From the NCBI GenBank assembly GCA_963804995.1, contig CAWDSK010000003.1, positions 320,001 through 384,000 of the forward strand: a stretch of DNA of 64,000 bases, in the 5' to 3' direction. The DNA comes from an uncultured Acidobacteriota bacterium (GTDB lineage: Bacteria; Acidobacteriota; Terriglobia; UBA7540). Each line of letters opens with the position of its first letter. The stretch's first letter is position 1. Shown piece by piece: positions 19,998 through 29,721 of the stretch. A program made the translations under genes and the position numbers. Below the pieces are notes generated by a model that was given only the letters and a program-made list of their open reading frames with translations, was not told the DNA's origin and did no database searches.

Positions 19998-22900
19998 TTA
20001 TTTCAGCTTTGCGTATTCCGCCTTGGCTTGCTTGAGCACGGGAACATCAGGGTCGGCGTCTTTCCAGAGGGTGAGGAAGTCCTGATAAGCGGCGCGGGCT
20101 TTGGCGCGGGCGTCCTGCTGTAGGGGCGCCCCTTGTGGGTGACCCTGGGCGGGCACGAGGCCCGCCCCTACACCGGCTTCGAGGGCGTAAGCGCGTGCCA
20201 GTCCGAGGCGAGCCAGCGGACCCCAGGGAAAGTTCAGCACCAGTCCTCGGTGGTCGATAAATTTCTGAAATTCCGCTGCGGCCCCGTTGCCGTCGTGGAG
20301 CATGAGATAGGCTTCCCCACGCAAATAAACCGGGCACAGGAATATAGTGACGTAGTTGCCCACAGGTGCGCCGAGTTCGATCGTGCTCACTACCTTCAAG
20401 AGTTCGATGGCCCGGTTCGGGTCGTGGCGTTCCAGCGCGACCCCCGCCCGGATCGTGGGCAGCCAATACCTCTGGACCAGCGTGTCCAGAGGGAAGGTCT
20501 TGTCGAGTTCGGCCGCCAGCTTCTCCGCCCCTGCCGCATCTCCTGCCCGCGCCAGGGCCAGCGCCACTATCGCCCGCACATCGCGGTTGGCGGCCAGCTT
20601 CAACGCCGCATGGGCCTCGGCACGCGCCTGCTCCCTGTTGCCCGCTTCCACCTCGCGCAGCGCGGCCGCAGCCTGATAGGCTGCGGCGGCCTCTTTGGCG
20701 TCGTTGTGCTCGGCTGCATCCATCGCCCGCCGGGTCAGTTCGTGCGCGTTCTTCAGCTTGCCGTACCAACCTTCCGTGTCCGCTTGCGTGGCCAGCAACA
20801 GATCTTCCACGCCCGGCTTGCCCATGGCGGCTGAGGCCAACTGCGCCATTTGCGCCGTATCGCCCTTCAGAAAGGCCAACAGGTAGCGGTTCTGGAACAG
20901 AAACTCGCCCTCCACCTTGCGCTCCTCCGCCTGCTTGCACACCGCCTCCGCTTCATCCAGCCGGTTGAGGGCCATGTATGCGCGACTGAGGTTGGAATAG
21001 TTGCCCCCCCTATTTGCCTCCAGGGACAGCGCCTCTCGATCTTCCTCCAATGTCTTTTCCCCGTTTCCCAGGATAGAGGAAATAACTCCCCGCAGGTAGT
21101 AAGGAAAGCCGTCTCTTGGGTAGGTCTGCTGCCACAGTTCGACGGTCTGCGCCCCCCTCTCCAAGTCTCCCGTCGCCCAAAAGTAGTAGTTCCACTCAAT
21201 CAAGAACCGCTCCCGTTCGCTTACCTTCTCCCGCAGGTCGTAAGCCTTGCGTGCATTTTCGGCCCCCCGGCCCAATTCGTTTCGGTCCCCGTAGAGAGCC
21301 GACATGGCGCGGTAGGCCATGGCAAAATTCGAGTCGAGGTCCACCGCCCGTTCGAAGAAGGGCAGGGCGGCTGTTTGCCCTTTCGTACGGGCCGTCTTTA
21401 TTCCCAGGCTGTAGGCTTTCAGCGCCTCCAGGGATGGTGTGGTTGCTTCCTCCACTGGCGTGGCGTATTTCTGCACCGAGCTGAGCGACTCGCCCAATTT
21501 GCTCCGCAGACTGACCGCCGCAGCGTCCAGAGCCTTGAGCACCGCCTCCTTGCCCGCCGCCTGCTCCTGCGCTTCCGCCAGAACGTCGCCCGTGTTGCAG
21601 TTCACTGCCTTCAGGCCAATCACGTACTGGCTGCCCAGCCCCGCAATCGAGCCGGTCAGCATGGCCTTGCTGCCCGTCCGCTCGCAGACCTCGCGTGTGA
21701 CCTCCGGCGTCAGCCGGTCACCGGCGGAACGTCCCATCAGCTTCAATGTCTCATTTACCTTGGCCTCGGAAACCAGGGCGAGAAAGGGCGACTGCTCAAG
21801 CTGCACCGAGAGTCCCTGTTTCAGCGTGTCATCGAATACCGCATCGCCCGTCTTGTTGTCAAAATCGGAAAGAACAATGGGGTCCTTGTCGGTGAGCCGG
21901 GCCGTGGCCTGGCACGAGCGGAAGTAGAACGTCCCCCCAATGGCAACAGCGACAAGGATCACGGCGGCACCGGCCAAGGCGATTGCCAGCGGGCGACGCT
22001 TCTGTAGCGGCGGTGTCCCCACCGCCGCGCGGCGATCAGAGATTGCCGCTGCAGCCCGCCCGGAGTCCGTATCACGTTTCAAGCGTTGGAGGTCGGATCG
22101 CATGTCTGAAGCCGACTGGTAACGCAACTGCCGGTCTTTCTCCAACGCTTTATTAATGATCTCTTCCAGCTTGGGCGGCAGGTCAGGATTGAGGCTCTTT
22201 GGCGAAACTGGCTGCTGCGTCAGGATCGCTTGCTGAACCACTGCTGCCGTCTCGCCAGGAAAAGCCTGCCGCCCCGTGGCCATCTCGTAGAGCACCGCAC
22301 CAAAACTGAAGATGTCCGTGCGCGCATCGAGCGCTTCACCTCGTGCTTGTTCGGGCGACATGTAAGCCGCGGTGCCAATGGGGGAGCCCTGCTGGGTGAG
22401 GGTGTCGTCCGTCGTGCGCGTCGGCCCCGCCGTAGCACGGTCACCTTGCTCGGGTTCACTCCGCGCCACGGCCGAGACCCCGATGAATCGGGGCAGGCTG
22501 CCTGTGCTGCGAGGCAATTTCGCTACGCCGAAATCCAGAATCTTGGCTTGGCCATGTATGGTCAGGAAGATGTTCGCCGGCTTGATGTCGCGATGGATGA
22601 TGCCCTTGCCGTGTGCCGCCTCGAGCCCCGCCGCAATCTGGACGGCGAGGTCGAGCAACGTGTCCAATTGTAGCGGCGGTCTCTGACCGCCGATTCGTCG
22701 ATCAGAGATCGACGCTACAGCGAGCCGCTCCTTCAGCGTCTGGCCCTCCAGCAGTTCCATGGCGATGAACGGCTGGCCCTCGTACTCGTCGATGTCATGT
22801 ACGGTGCAGATGTTGGGGTGGTTCAGGGCGCTTGCAGCACGGGCTTCACGCTGGAAACGGGCGAGGGCCTGCCGGTCATGGGCCACTTCCGATGGCAGAA

Positions 22901-23474
22901 ACTTCAGCGCCACCGCTCGACCCAGCCGCGTGTCCTCCGCCTTGTAGATCACCCCCATCGCGCCACTGCCAATGCGACCCAGCACGCGATAATGTGAAAC
23001 CGTCTGACCGGCCAGATCGGTGGAGGCCTCCTCGGCCCCTTCTCCCGAAGCAGCCTCAAGTGAAGGCGGCTCAGGAGCGGCGAGCACTTCGGGACTGCCC
23101 GGTTCGACTACGGGGGCGGCCACCTGGGGCGAGGCGATAACCTCCACGGGGGCGATGAACCGGTAGCCGCGCCTTGCCAGCGTCTCGATGTAGCGAGGTT
23201 CATCCGCCGAGTCGCCCAAGGCCCGGCGCAGCGTCTTGACTGCCGCGTTAATGCTGTGTTCGAACTCAACAATGGTGTCGTGCGGCCAAAGCCGGTGCTG
23301 CAACTCCTCGCGTGCCACCAACTCCCCCGGACGCGCCAGCAGCATGGCCAGCACTTCCATGGGTTGACCCGAGAGCTTGATCTTTAGGCCATGGTTGCGC
23401 AGTTCCAGTGTGTGCCGATCAAACTCGAAGGCTTCGAACCGGACTAAGCGTGCAGGGGAAGTAGCAGCATCCAT
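19998..23474 (-). CDS. Winged-helix (CadC/OmpR-type) - Ser/Thr protein kinase - TM - TPR protein, with four in-frame palindromic insertions
   Basis: IETLARRGYRF, GSGAMG, ALK, HRDIKPAN, DFG, YMSPE, TM segment, TPR tail ending WKDADPDVPVLKQAKAEYAKLK. Confidence 0.93.
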   Translation of the reverse strand: MDAATSPARLVRFEAFEFDRHTLELRNHGLKIKLSGQPMEVLAMLLARPGELVAREELQHRLWPHDTIVEFEHSINAAVKTLRRALGDSADEPRYIETLARRGYRFIAPVEVIASPQVAAPVVEPGSPEVLAAPEPPSLEAASGEGAEEASTDLAGQTVSHYRVLGRIGSGAMGVIYKAEDTRLGRAVALKFLPSEVAHDRQALARFQREARAASALNHPNICTVHDIDEYEGQPFIAMELLEGQTLKERLAVASISDRRIGGQRPPLQLDTLLDLAVQIAAGLEAAHGKGIIHRDIKPANIFLTIHGQAKILDFGVAKLPRSTGSLPRFIGVSAVARSEPEQGDRATAGPTRTTDDTLTQQGSPIGTAAYMSPEQARGEALDARTDIFSFGAVLYEMATGRQAFPGETAAVVQQAILTQQPVSPKSLNPDLPPKLEEIINKALEKDRQLRYQSASDMRSDLQRLKRDTDSGRAAAAISDRRAAVGTPPLQKRRPLAIALAGAAVILVAVAIGGTFYFRSCQATARLTDKDPIVLSDFDNKTGDAVFDDTLKQGLSVQLEQSPFLALVSEAKVNETLKLMGRSAGDRLTPEVTREVCERTGSKAMLTGSIAGLGSQYVIGLKAVNCNTGDVLAEAQEQAAGKEAVLKALDAAAVSLRSKLGESLSSVQKYATPVEEATTPSLEALKAYSLGIKTARTKGQTAALPFFERAVDLDSNFAMAYRAMSALYGDRNELGRGAENARKAYDLREKVSERERFLIEWNYYFWATGDLERGAQTVELWQQTYPRDGFPYYLRGVISSILGNGEKTLEEDREALSLEANRGGNYSNLSRAYMALNRLDEAEAVCKQAEERKVEGEFLFQNRYLLAFLKGDTAQMAQLASAAMGKPGVEDLLLATQADTEGWYGKLKNAHELTRRAMDAAEHNDAKEAAAAYQAAAALREVEAGNREQARAEAHAALKLAANRDVRAIVALALARAGDAAGAEKLAAELDKTFPLDTLVQRYWLPTIRAGVALERHDPNRAIELLKVVSTIELGAPVGNYVTIFLCPVYLRGEAYLMLHDGNGAAAEFQKFIDHRGLVLNFPWGPLARLGLARAYALEAGVGAGLVPAQGHPQGAPLQQDARAKARAAYQDFLTLWKDADPDVPVLKQAKAEYAKLK

Positions 23475-23897
23475 CGCCGGCGGCAGCCTGGGGTGGGGAT
23501 GCGATCGAATCTCCTCCGGTAGGACCGACGGGCTGCCGTTCCTCCCGGTTCCGAGGTTGGCCAGAGTCTAGTCCCTGTTTAGTGCAGAGTCAATGCAAAT
23601 AGGTGACCCGTCGGACCTGTTCTCCACGCATTCCTGGACAACCGTGGTACAGCGGCCCAGATGCCAGGCATGCTTGAGACTCCAATGTTTGAAGCTGTCT
23701 GGAGTCGCTGTCGCATCCATTCCACCCGACCCTTCAAGTCTAACCATCTTCCTGCCAATAGGTTAGGTCTTCACCTATTCTTCCGACATCTTTCACCCTC
23801 CTTGCATTGAGGTAGCAGCCTACCAAGTACCAAATGGGCGTCACCAAGCGGCCCGCCTGGCCACCAGTTGAAGCCGGCGGGCAGAGAGGTGATGACC

Positions 23898-24584
23898 ATG
23901 AAACGGTTCTTTGCCAGCTTCCTCGTCTTTAGTTTCCTTCTTACTTTCAATTCTCCATCTCTTGCGCATGACGGCAGCAAGAAGACTGGCGTCGCAATGC
24001 CAGGAATTAACGTGTTGGTCTGCAACCATGCCCAAGTGCCAGGGCAGACCCTGGACCAGGCGGAAAGGGAGGTGGCAAGGATTTTCCACGACGTGGGGAT
24101 CGGGGTCACGTGGAGGAACTGCAACCCTGAGATGACGGGCATCCACCAGGACGTCAACCGCACTCAAGGGGTGAGGCCAACCGATCTTATCTTGAGGATC
24201 GTCCCGGAGATTACCGTCAGCCCGGGTGTTAGCCACGACACAACCATGGGCTTTGCCATTGGAAACCACGCCAGCATTTCCTTCCGCCGGGTCAGACAAG
24301 AGGCGGTAAAGTTCGGAGTAGAACCCGACGAAGTCCTCGGTCCTGCCGTCGCACACGAAATCGGCCACCTGCTGGGGCAGCAGGGACATTCTCCCACCGG
24401 GATCATGCGGGAGCGCTGGGAACGGATGGACTATAAAATCCCCCCGCCGTCGGCCTTCAGGTTTACCCCGGAGCAGGCGAAGCAGATGCGCACCGAGGTG
24501 AGGGAACACGAGCGACAGCAGGCGACAGAGGCCCCCAATCTAACCACATATTCACAAAGATCGCCGGGGGTAGCTCCCCTGTAA
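23898..24584 (+). CDS. Secreted hypothetical protein with HExxH motif (putative Zn-peptidase-like)
   Basis: Signal peptide MKRFF...SLA; AHEIGHLLG...H..GIM. Confidence 0.7.
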   Translation: MKRFFASFLVFSFLLTFNSPSLAHDGSKKTGVAMPGINVLVCNHAQVPGQTLDQAEREVARIFHDVGIGVTWRNCNPEMTGIHQDVNRTQGVRPTDLILRIVPEITVSPGVSHDTTMGFAIGNHASISFRRVRQEAVKFGVEPDEVLGPAVAHEIGHLLGQQGHSPTGIMRERWERMDYKIPPPSAFRFTPEQAKQMRTEVREHERQQATEAPNLTTYSQRSPGVAPL

Positions 24585-24825
24585 CGGCGTAGGGTAGAGC
24601 GAAGTCGCTCAACCCCTCTATCATTGCCTATTCGGAAACTGGTGAACCCGCCTCAATCCGCCAGCGTCGGTTCGACGTTGACTAGGACTTAGGTTAATCC
24701 CTATGACCCTGGGTACTCGCTGGAAAGGGCAGTATGATATCGATAGAGTTAAGGCGTCGACAAGGATAGAAGAATTGGGCTATGCCGTCCCCTCTATTTC
24801 GATCTGAGGCGGTGATATAAGCACT

Positions 24826-25464
24826 ATGAGCTTGGAAGAAGAAACAGGACGCGGGACATTGACGCACGCCTCGGGATGCGCAGGATCTTCCGGCGAAATA
24901 TCGATTGTGCGGTTGCAGGTGTTCACGCTGATCTGGATGGTGGTGGAGTGCGCCCTTGCCCTCTTTTCTGCAAGGCGCGCACGGAGCCCTGTGCTTTTGG
25001 CCTTTGGCGCCGATAGTCTCATCGAACTCTTGTCGGCGCTCGTGGTGCTTCTACAGTTTGTCCCACGCCTTGCTTTGAGCACCGCTCGGGCCGGGAGGCT
25101 CGCGGGCATCCTTCTCTTCCTGCTCGCTGCGGTCATCACTATGAGTTCTGCCTTCGCGCTGTGGCAGCATGTGCGGCCCGATACAAGTTGGATCGGCATA
25201 GGCGTTACCATTGCCGCGGTCGTGGTCATGCCCGCGCTGAGTTCGGCGAAGCGAAGAGCCGGGAAAACAGCTCGCAATGCTGCGTTGACTGCCGACGCGG
25301 TGCAGTCAGCGACCTGTGCTTACCTTGCCGGCATAACCCTTGCCGGCTTGGTCCTCAATGCGGTGCTTCATATCCGCTGGATAGACCCCGCCGCCGCGCT
25401 GGTTGCGGTTCCAGTCATCTGCCTTGAGGGGAAGAAAGCATTGCAGGGCGAGGAGTGTTGTTAG
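24826..25464 (+). CDS. Cation efflux (CDF) family membrane protein, TM domain only
   Basis: AFGADSLIELLS, ALTADA..S..C, WIDPAAAL. Confidence 0.8.
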   Translation: MSLEEETGRGTLTHASGCAGSSGEISIVRLQVFTLIWMVVECALALFSARRARSPVLLAFGADSLIELLSALVVLLQFVPRLALSTARAGRLAGILLFLLAAVITMSSAFALWQHVRPDTSWIGIGVTIAAVVVMPALSSAKRRAGKTARNAALTADAVQSATCAYLAGITLAGLVLNAVLHIRWIDPAAALVAVPVICLEGKKALQGEECC

Positions 25465-25512
25465 TTGGGATACCTCGCCAAGTCGAGATACTCCCATCGA
25501 GCAAGCGTAGCG

Positions 25513-27425
25513 GTTGCGGTAGGGATACCGGTTACCCGGTACCCCCCGCACGGATCCGTACGTGCGCTGGTTAGCGCATACGGCTCTTATCTCGGATGTG
25601 TGGCGGCGAACCGTTGGGATGGCCAAGGATGCACAACGTGCGGAGCAGGCAACCAGCAGGCCGCAAGCTTCCCCAGTCGGTCCCAGTTGAGGCGGTGGCG
25701 TTGACTGCGTTGACGCAGTTGTGTTCGCCACAGTCGGGTCAACCGTTCCCGAAAGATTCGCAGGCGGTCGAGGTTTCCCGGTACCGCGTGATAGTTGAAG
25801 TAGCCTTGCACGACCGACCGGAGCCATTTACCCGTATCCGCGATGGGATCGTGCCGACGCTGCCGGAGTTGTTGCTTGAGTTCCTGCAACTTCCCCCGCA
25901 GGCGCTTGCTGATCGTCTTCCGCTTCACGGTAAATTGCCCCCTCCGGTTCTTCCCGCTGATATGCGTGAAGCCCAGAAAGTCGAACGTCTCCGGCTTACC
26001 TTCTCCTCTCCGTTTCCGGTAAAGTTCGGCAAACGGCCCGAACTCGATCCGGCGCGTTTTGTCAGGATGCAGTTCCAATCCAAACTTCCCCACCCGCTCC
26101 CGGAAATCCTCCAGAAAGCGGTCGGCTTCCGTCTGCGATTGGAATCCAAGGACCGTATCGTCGGCATACCGCACCACGACCACGTCTCCCCGGGCGTGCT
26201 TCTTGCGCCACGCCTGCACCCACAGGTCAAAGACGTAGTGCAGATAGATATTCGCCAGCAGGGGCGAGACCACCGCCCCTTGTGGCGTACCCATCTCCGT
26301 CTCCGACCATTCGCCTTCCTCCCTCACCCCGGCTTTCAGCCATTTCTGGATGAGCCGGAGAATCCGGGGGTCGGCGACGCGATGCTGCACGAACTTGAGC
26401 ATCCATTCGTGGGATATCGAATCGAAAAATCCACGAATGTCCGCGTCAAGAACGTAGTTCACGTGCTTCACCGTGAGCGCGTACGAGAGCGCGTCCAGCG
26501 CTTGATGCTGGCTGCATCCCGGTCGAAAGCCATACGAGAAGCCCAGAAAGTCTTCCTCGTAAATCGCCTTGAGGATGGTGACCACGGCCTGTTGGACGAT
26601 CTTGTCCTCCAGTGCCGCAACCCCCAACGGACGTTGCCGCCCGTCGCCTTTCGGGATATACGCCCTTCGCGAGGGCTTCGCTCGGAATGCTCCGCGGTGG
26701 ACCCGGCTGTGCAGATCGACGAGTCGACCTTCCAGCCCGCTTTCATACTCCTGCCACGTCATGCCGTCTACTCCCGGTGCAGCTTTTCGCTTCAAGGCGT
26801 AAAAGCTTTCCCGCAGCAGATCGACCGTTAAGTGGTGGAGCAAGGCCGTGAACTTCATCTCCCTGTGTTCCTTCGCGGCTTTCCGCACACCCGCGAGTCC
26901 CTGGGACACGCGTGCCCCGCTCTGTGTCGGGTGCGTGTTAGGCCAACGGGTGTTCTCCTTGATCAGCGGCCTTCCCTCCTCATTCTCCGCCAACGGCTTC
27001 CCGTCTTTGTTCAAATGATTCATCGGTACTGTTCCGCTGTCCGACTCCTCGAAAGCGTGCAGGCGGGCTGTACGGCCATCGCCTTTTCCCGCCGTCCGGC
27101 CACGATCTACGGCGGCCGGCGCCTCCGAGGTCTCCCGGTTCTCGTGCAGAAAGTGTCTAGGCGTGTCTGGGGTCTACGACTACGCAGGACTGTGCCGGAA
27201 CTCGCGTTGGCGTCCCGGCCTCATGTTGCCTTCCGTTTAGTCTGAAAACGTCGGCGTCCTGATTGGACATTTTCGAAGCTCAATACCCAGCCCACCTATT
27301 CCCCTGTTTACGCTTCACCGTGCGCCTCACGACGCCCAGCGCAAAACTCGGGGCCGAGTGGATCGCTGCTCCTTCCTCGTGAGAAATTTTCATTCTCTGC
27401 TTTCTGCCGGTTTATCCCGGCGCAC
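25513..27425 (-). mobile_element. Complete group II intron (1913 nt), inserted in a family A REP
   Basis: Minus-strand 5' end GTGCG at 27425; domain V GAGCCGTATGCG...CGCACGTACGGATC (AGC triad) right after the ORF; domain VI GGGGGGTACCGG...CCGGTATCCCTACCGCAAC ending AC at 25513. Confidence 0.92.
25587..27023 (-). CDS. ltrA: Group II intron reverse transcriptase/maturase, no endonuclease domain
   Basis: APGVDG, RPLG, SYGFRPG, DADIRGFFD, GTPQG, RYADD, FDFLGF, X domain GYFNYH. Confidence 0.96.
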   Translation of the reverse strand: MNHLNKDGKPLAENEEGRPLIKENTRWPNTHPTQSGARVSQGLAGVRKAAKEHREMKFTALLHHLTVDLLRESFYALKRKAAPGVDGMTWQEYESGLEGRLVDLHSRVHRGAFRAKPSRRAYIPKGDGRQRPLGVAALEDKIVQQAVVTILKAIYEEDFLGFSYGFRPGCSQHQALDALSYALTVKHVNYVLDADIRGFFDSISHEWMLKFVQHRVADPRILRLIQKWLKAGVREEGEWSETEMGTPQGAVVSPLLANIYLHYVFDLWVQAWRKKHARGDVVVVRYADDTVLGFQSQTEADRFLEDFRERVGKFGLELHPDKTRRIEFGPFAELYRKRRGEGKPETFDFLGFTHISGKNRRGQFTVKRKTISKRLRGKLQELKQQLRQRRHDPIADTGKWLRSVVQGYFNYHAVPGNLDRLRIFRERLTRLWRTQLRQRSQRHRLNWDRLGKLAACWLPAPHVVHPWPSQRFAATHPR

Positions 27426-27583
27426 CGGACCTCCGTCTCTGAGGTCCGCGGTTCTTCCTGCAACATTTGAGCGAATGTATCGTGGCGAAGCAGCCATCGG
27501 GCTTAGCCGCCCGCGTCGGAGATTTGTGGATTCCCCTATAGAAGAACCGCGGACCCCAAAACCGGGGGACCGCGCTACGCTTA
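27426..27583. repeat. Remainder of the family A REPIN split by the intron (left tip at 25501-25512)
   Basis: CGGACCTCCGTCTCTGAGGTCCGCGGTTCTTC ... GAAGAACCGCGGACCCCAAAACCGGGGGACCGCGCTAC; spacer matches 61690-61760 reversed. Confidence 0.9.
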
Positions 27584-27974
27584 CTGCTGCTTATGTTGAC
27601 CACATTTTTGGTATGACCTGACCATATGCTTGACTTGCGTTCCAAGGCACTGCCAGAGGGAAGCAGGTAGCAGAGTGTATGCCTTTCACACTCTGCGGTC
27701 CTTAATCTGATAAACATGCACTGTATTATTAACACACCAAAAGACAGGTAACAGGGAATAGGGAACAGGGAAAAGAAGAGGTCATAAAAGACGGTGACCA
27801 GTGACGAGTGGCGAGCAAGAAAGTCAAGAGGGGGGCACGCCCGACGAAGGAAGAACCGCCCCGATGCATCGGGGCGCTACACCTCCTGGCTGAGCTCTGG
27901 CCCCGGGCGTGTCCCCAAGTCACGTGCGTCTCAAGAAGACCTTCCCACCCCTTATTTATTCTAACCAAGGTATG

Positions 27975-28361
27975 CTAAAAAAACACGGCAGGTGAAACGT
28001 GGAATCGTTTGCTCAATTTCTCGATGTGGGTTTTGTTGAGGTGGCGTTTCTTGTGCAAAATTTCGGAGACGATGCTTTCAGAGCCGAAGATGGGGACGAG
28101 GTCTTTTTGGCGGAGATCATTGGCCTCCATCAACGCGCGAAGAACCTCTACCGGGGAGGCGTCAGGAATGGAATGATGCTCTTCCTCGTACGCTTCAATC
28201 AAAGTCATCAAGACTTCGGCATACTTCTCTTCATCACTCGCGGGATTAGCTTTGCTGGTTAGCTTGTCCAAGACCGAGAGGTATTCCTCATGCTGCCGCT
28301 CAGAGGTAATCGGGGTGGGCGAGCTGACTTCGAGGGCATATTTTTCAGATACTGCAATCAT
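27975..28361 (-). CDS. HigA-like HTH antitoxin
   Basis: LIEAYEEEH, SPVEVLRALME, LRQKDLVPIFGSESIVSEIL; ATG overlaps the toxin-remnant stop (ATGA). Confidence 0.85.
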   Translation of the reverse strand: MIAVSEKYALEVSSPTPITSERQHEEYLSVLDKLTSKANPASDEEKYAEVLMTLIEAYEEEHHSIPDASPVEVLRALMEANDLRQKDLVPIFGSESIVSEILHKKRHLNKTHIEKLSKRFHVSPAVFF

Positions 28362-28440
28362 GACTTTTGCCACTCCTTCTCGTCGTATTCACCGTGATCG
28401 AGAATGTGTCGGATGTAAACCATTCTCCATATGCGAAGTT
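28358..28440 (-). pseudogene. 3' remnant of a HigB-type toxin
   Basis: MVYIRHILDHGEYDEKEWQKS-stop, matching the HigB C-terminus (IRxILTHxEYD); N-terminal part absent. Confidence 0.7.
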
Positions 28441-28631
28441 CGTGTCAAGCCCAAATTCCGCTTCTGAGCACCAGCAAGCCAGTTTCTTAATTCAAAATTT
28501 AGAATTCAGAATTCATAACTCAGAACTCATAACTTAGAATTCCAGCTTCACAGTTCCCCATCGCGTCACAATCGCGCATATAATACCCGGCTCGGATTCT
28601 GGCAAGTACGACAATTGGAGGAGACGCATTC

Positions 28632-29381
28632 ATGTATAAGCTGGTGTTATTGCGGCACGGAGAAAGCATTTGGAACAAGGAGAACCTCTTTACCGGCTGG
28701 ACGGACGTGGGGCTGAGCGAAAAGGGCCTGCAGGAAGCGGTGGACGGTGGCCGCCAGCTTCGCAAAGACGGCTTCGTTTTCGATGTGGCGTACACGTCGG
28801 TGTTGAAGCGCGCCATCAAGACGCTGTGGGTGGCGCTCGAAGAAATGGACCAGATGTATATTCCCATCCACAACACCTGGCGGCTGAACGAGCGCCATTA
28901 CGGAGCGTTGCAGGGACTGAACAAAGCTCAGACCGCTGAGAAGTACGGTGAGGCGCAGGTAAAGATCTGGCGGCGCAGTTACGACATCCAGCCGCCCGCG
29001 CTTACGCCTGACGACGATCGCTATCCCGGCAAAGATCCTCGCTATGCCGGATTGACGCAGCAGGAATTGCCGCTCACCGAGTGCCTGAAAGACACGGTGG
29101 CGCGCACCCTGCCCTACTGGCATGAAACCATCGCGCCGGTGGTGCGCTCCGGCAAGCGCGTCATCATCGCTGCACATGGCAATAGCTTGCGCGGGCTCGT
29201 CAAATATCTGGATAACGTTTCGGAAGCGGAGATTGTGGGATTGAATATCCCTACGGGGATTCCACTGGTCTACGAACTGGACGATGAGTTGAAGCCGCTG
29301 CGGCACTATTATCTGGGCGATCCTGAGGCCGTAGCGCGCGCCGCGCAGGCCGTCGCCGACCAGGCAAAGCGCAAAAATTAA
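28632..29381 (+). CDS. gpmA: 2,3-bisphosphoglycerate-dependent phosphoglycerate mutase
   Basis: [33 protein letters not shown]. Confidence 0.97.
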   Translation: MYKLVLLRHGESIWNKENLFTGWTDVGLSEKGLQEAVDGGRQLRKDGFVFDVAYTSVLKRAIKTLWVALEEMDQMYIPIHNTWRLNERHYGALQGLNKAQTAEKYGEAQVKIWRRSYDIQPPALTPDDDRYPGKDPRYAGLTQQELPLTECLKDTVARTLPYWHETIAPVVRSGKRVIIAAHGNSLRGLVKYLDNVSEAEIVGLNIPTGIPLVYELDDELKPLRHYYLGDPEAVARAAQAVADQAKRKN

Positions 29382-29387
29382 GAGTGC

Positions 29388-29625
29388 TGTCAGGAAAATG
29401 CTCCCCTCCTCAGATGAGGAGGGGTGGCGCGCCGAGCGCCGGGGTGGTGCTGACAAGAGAAATGGGTCGTGCTGATCCTGGCGGCAAGCCGCCCGGCGAA
29501 TGAAATAACCACCCGAGGTGCCCACGTAACCACCCCGTCGCCTACGGCGCCACCCCTCCTAAATCAGGAGGGGAGTTTTTCACGAACTCCCCTCCTCAGA
29601 TGAGGAGGGGAGCATTTTCGTGACA
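29388..29625. repeat. Family B composite element with three CCCCTCCT..AGGAGGGG hairpins and inverted ends
   Basis: TGTCAGGAAAATGCTCCCCTCCTC ... GAGGAGGGGAGCATTTTCGTGACA. Confidence 0.85.
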
Positions 29626-29721
29626 CCAAGCGGCAGACCCGCGTCGACCATTCGAGAAGTTCGCTTAATTGGATGGGTTTACCCGCGCACCTCCCCACTC
29701 ATCCCCGCCGCTGCGAGCTGT

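Noticed and set aside
20047..22007. Long alternative-frame and antisense ORFs (also 25596-26831, 41197-42294, 46777-47964 and others)
   Set aside because: Shadow ORFs of well-supported genes in GC-rich DNA; no recognisable motifs.
25587..27023. DGR, retron or defence-type RT
   Set aside because: It has the maturase X domain, a GTGCG 5' end and domains V/VI; no TR/VR pair or msr-msd seen.
25513..27425. Class IIC terminator-targeting intron
   Set aside because: Domain V has AGC and is full length, and the insertion is within a REP stem with no U-tract; phylogeny is still needed to settle the class.
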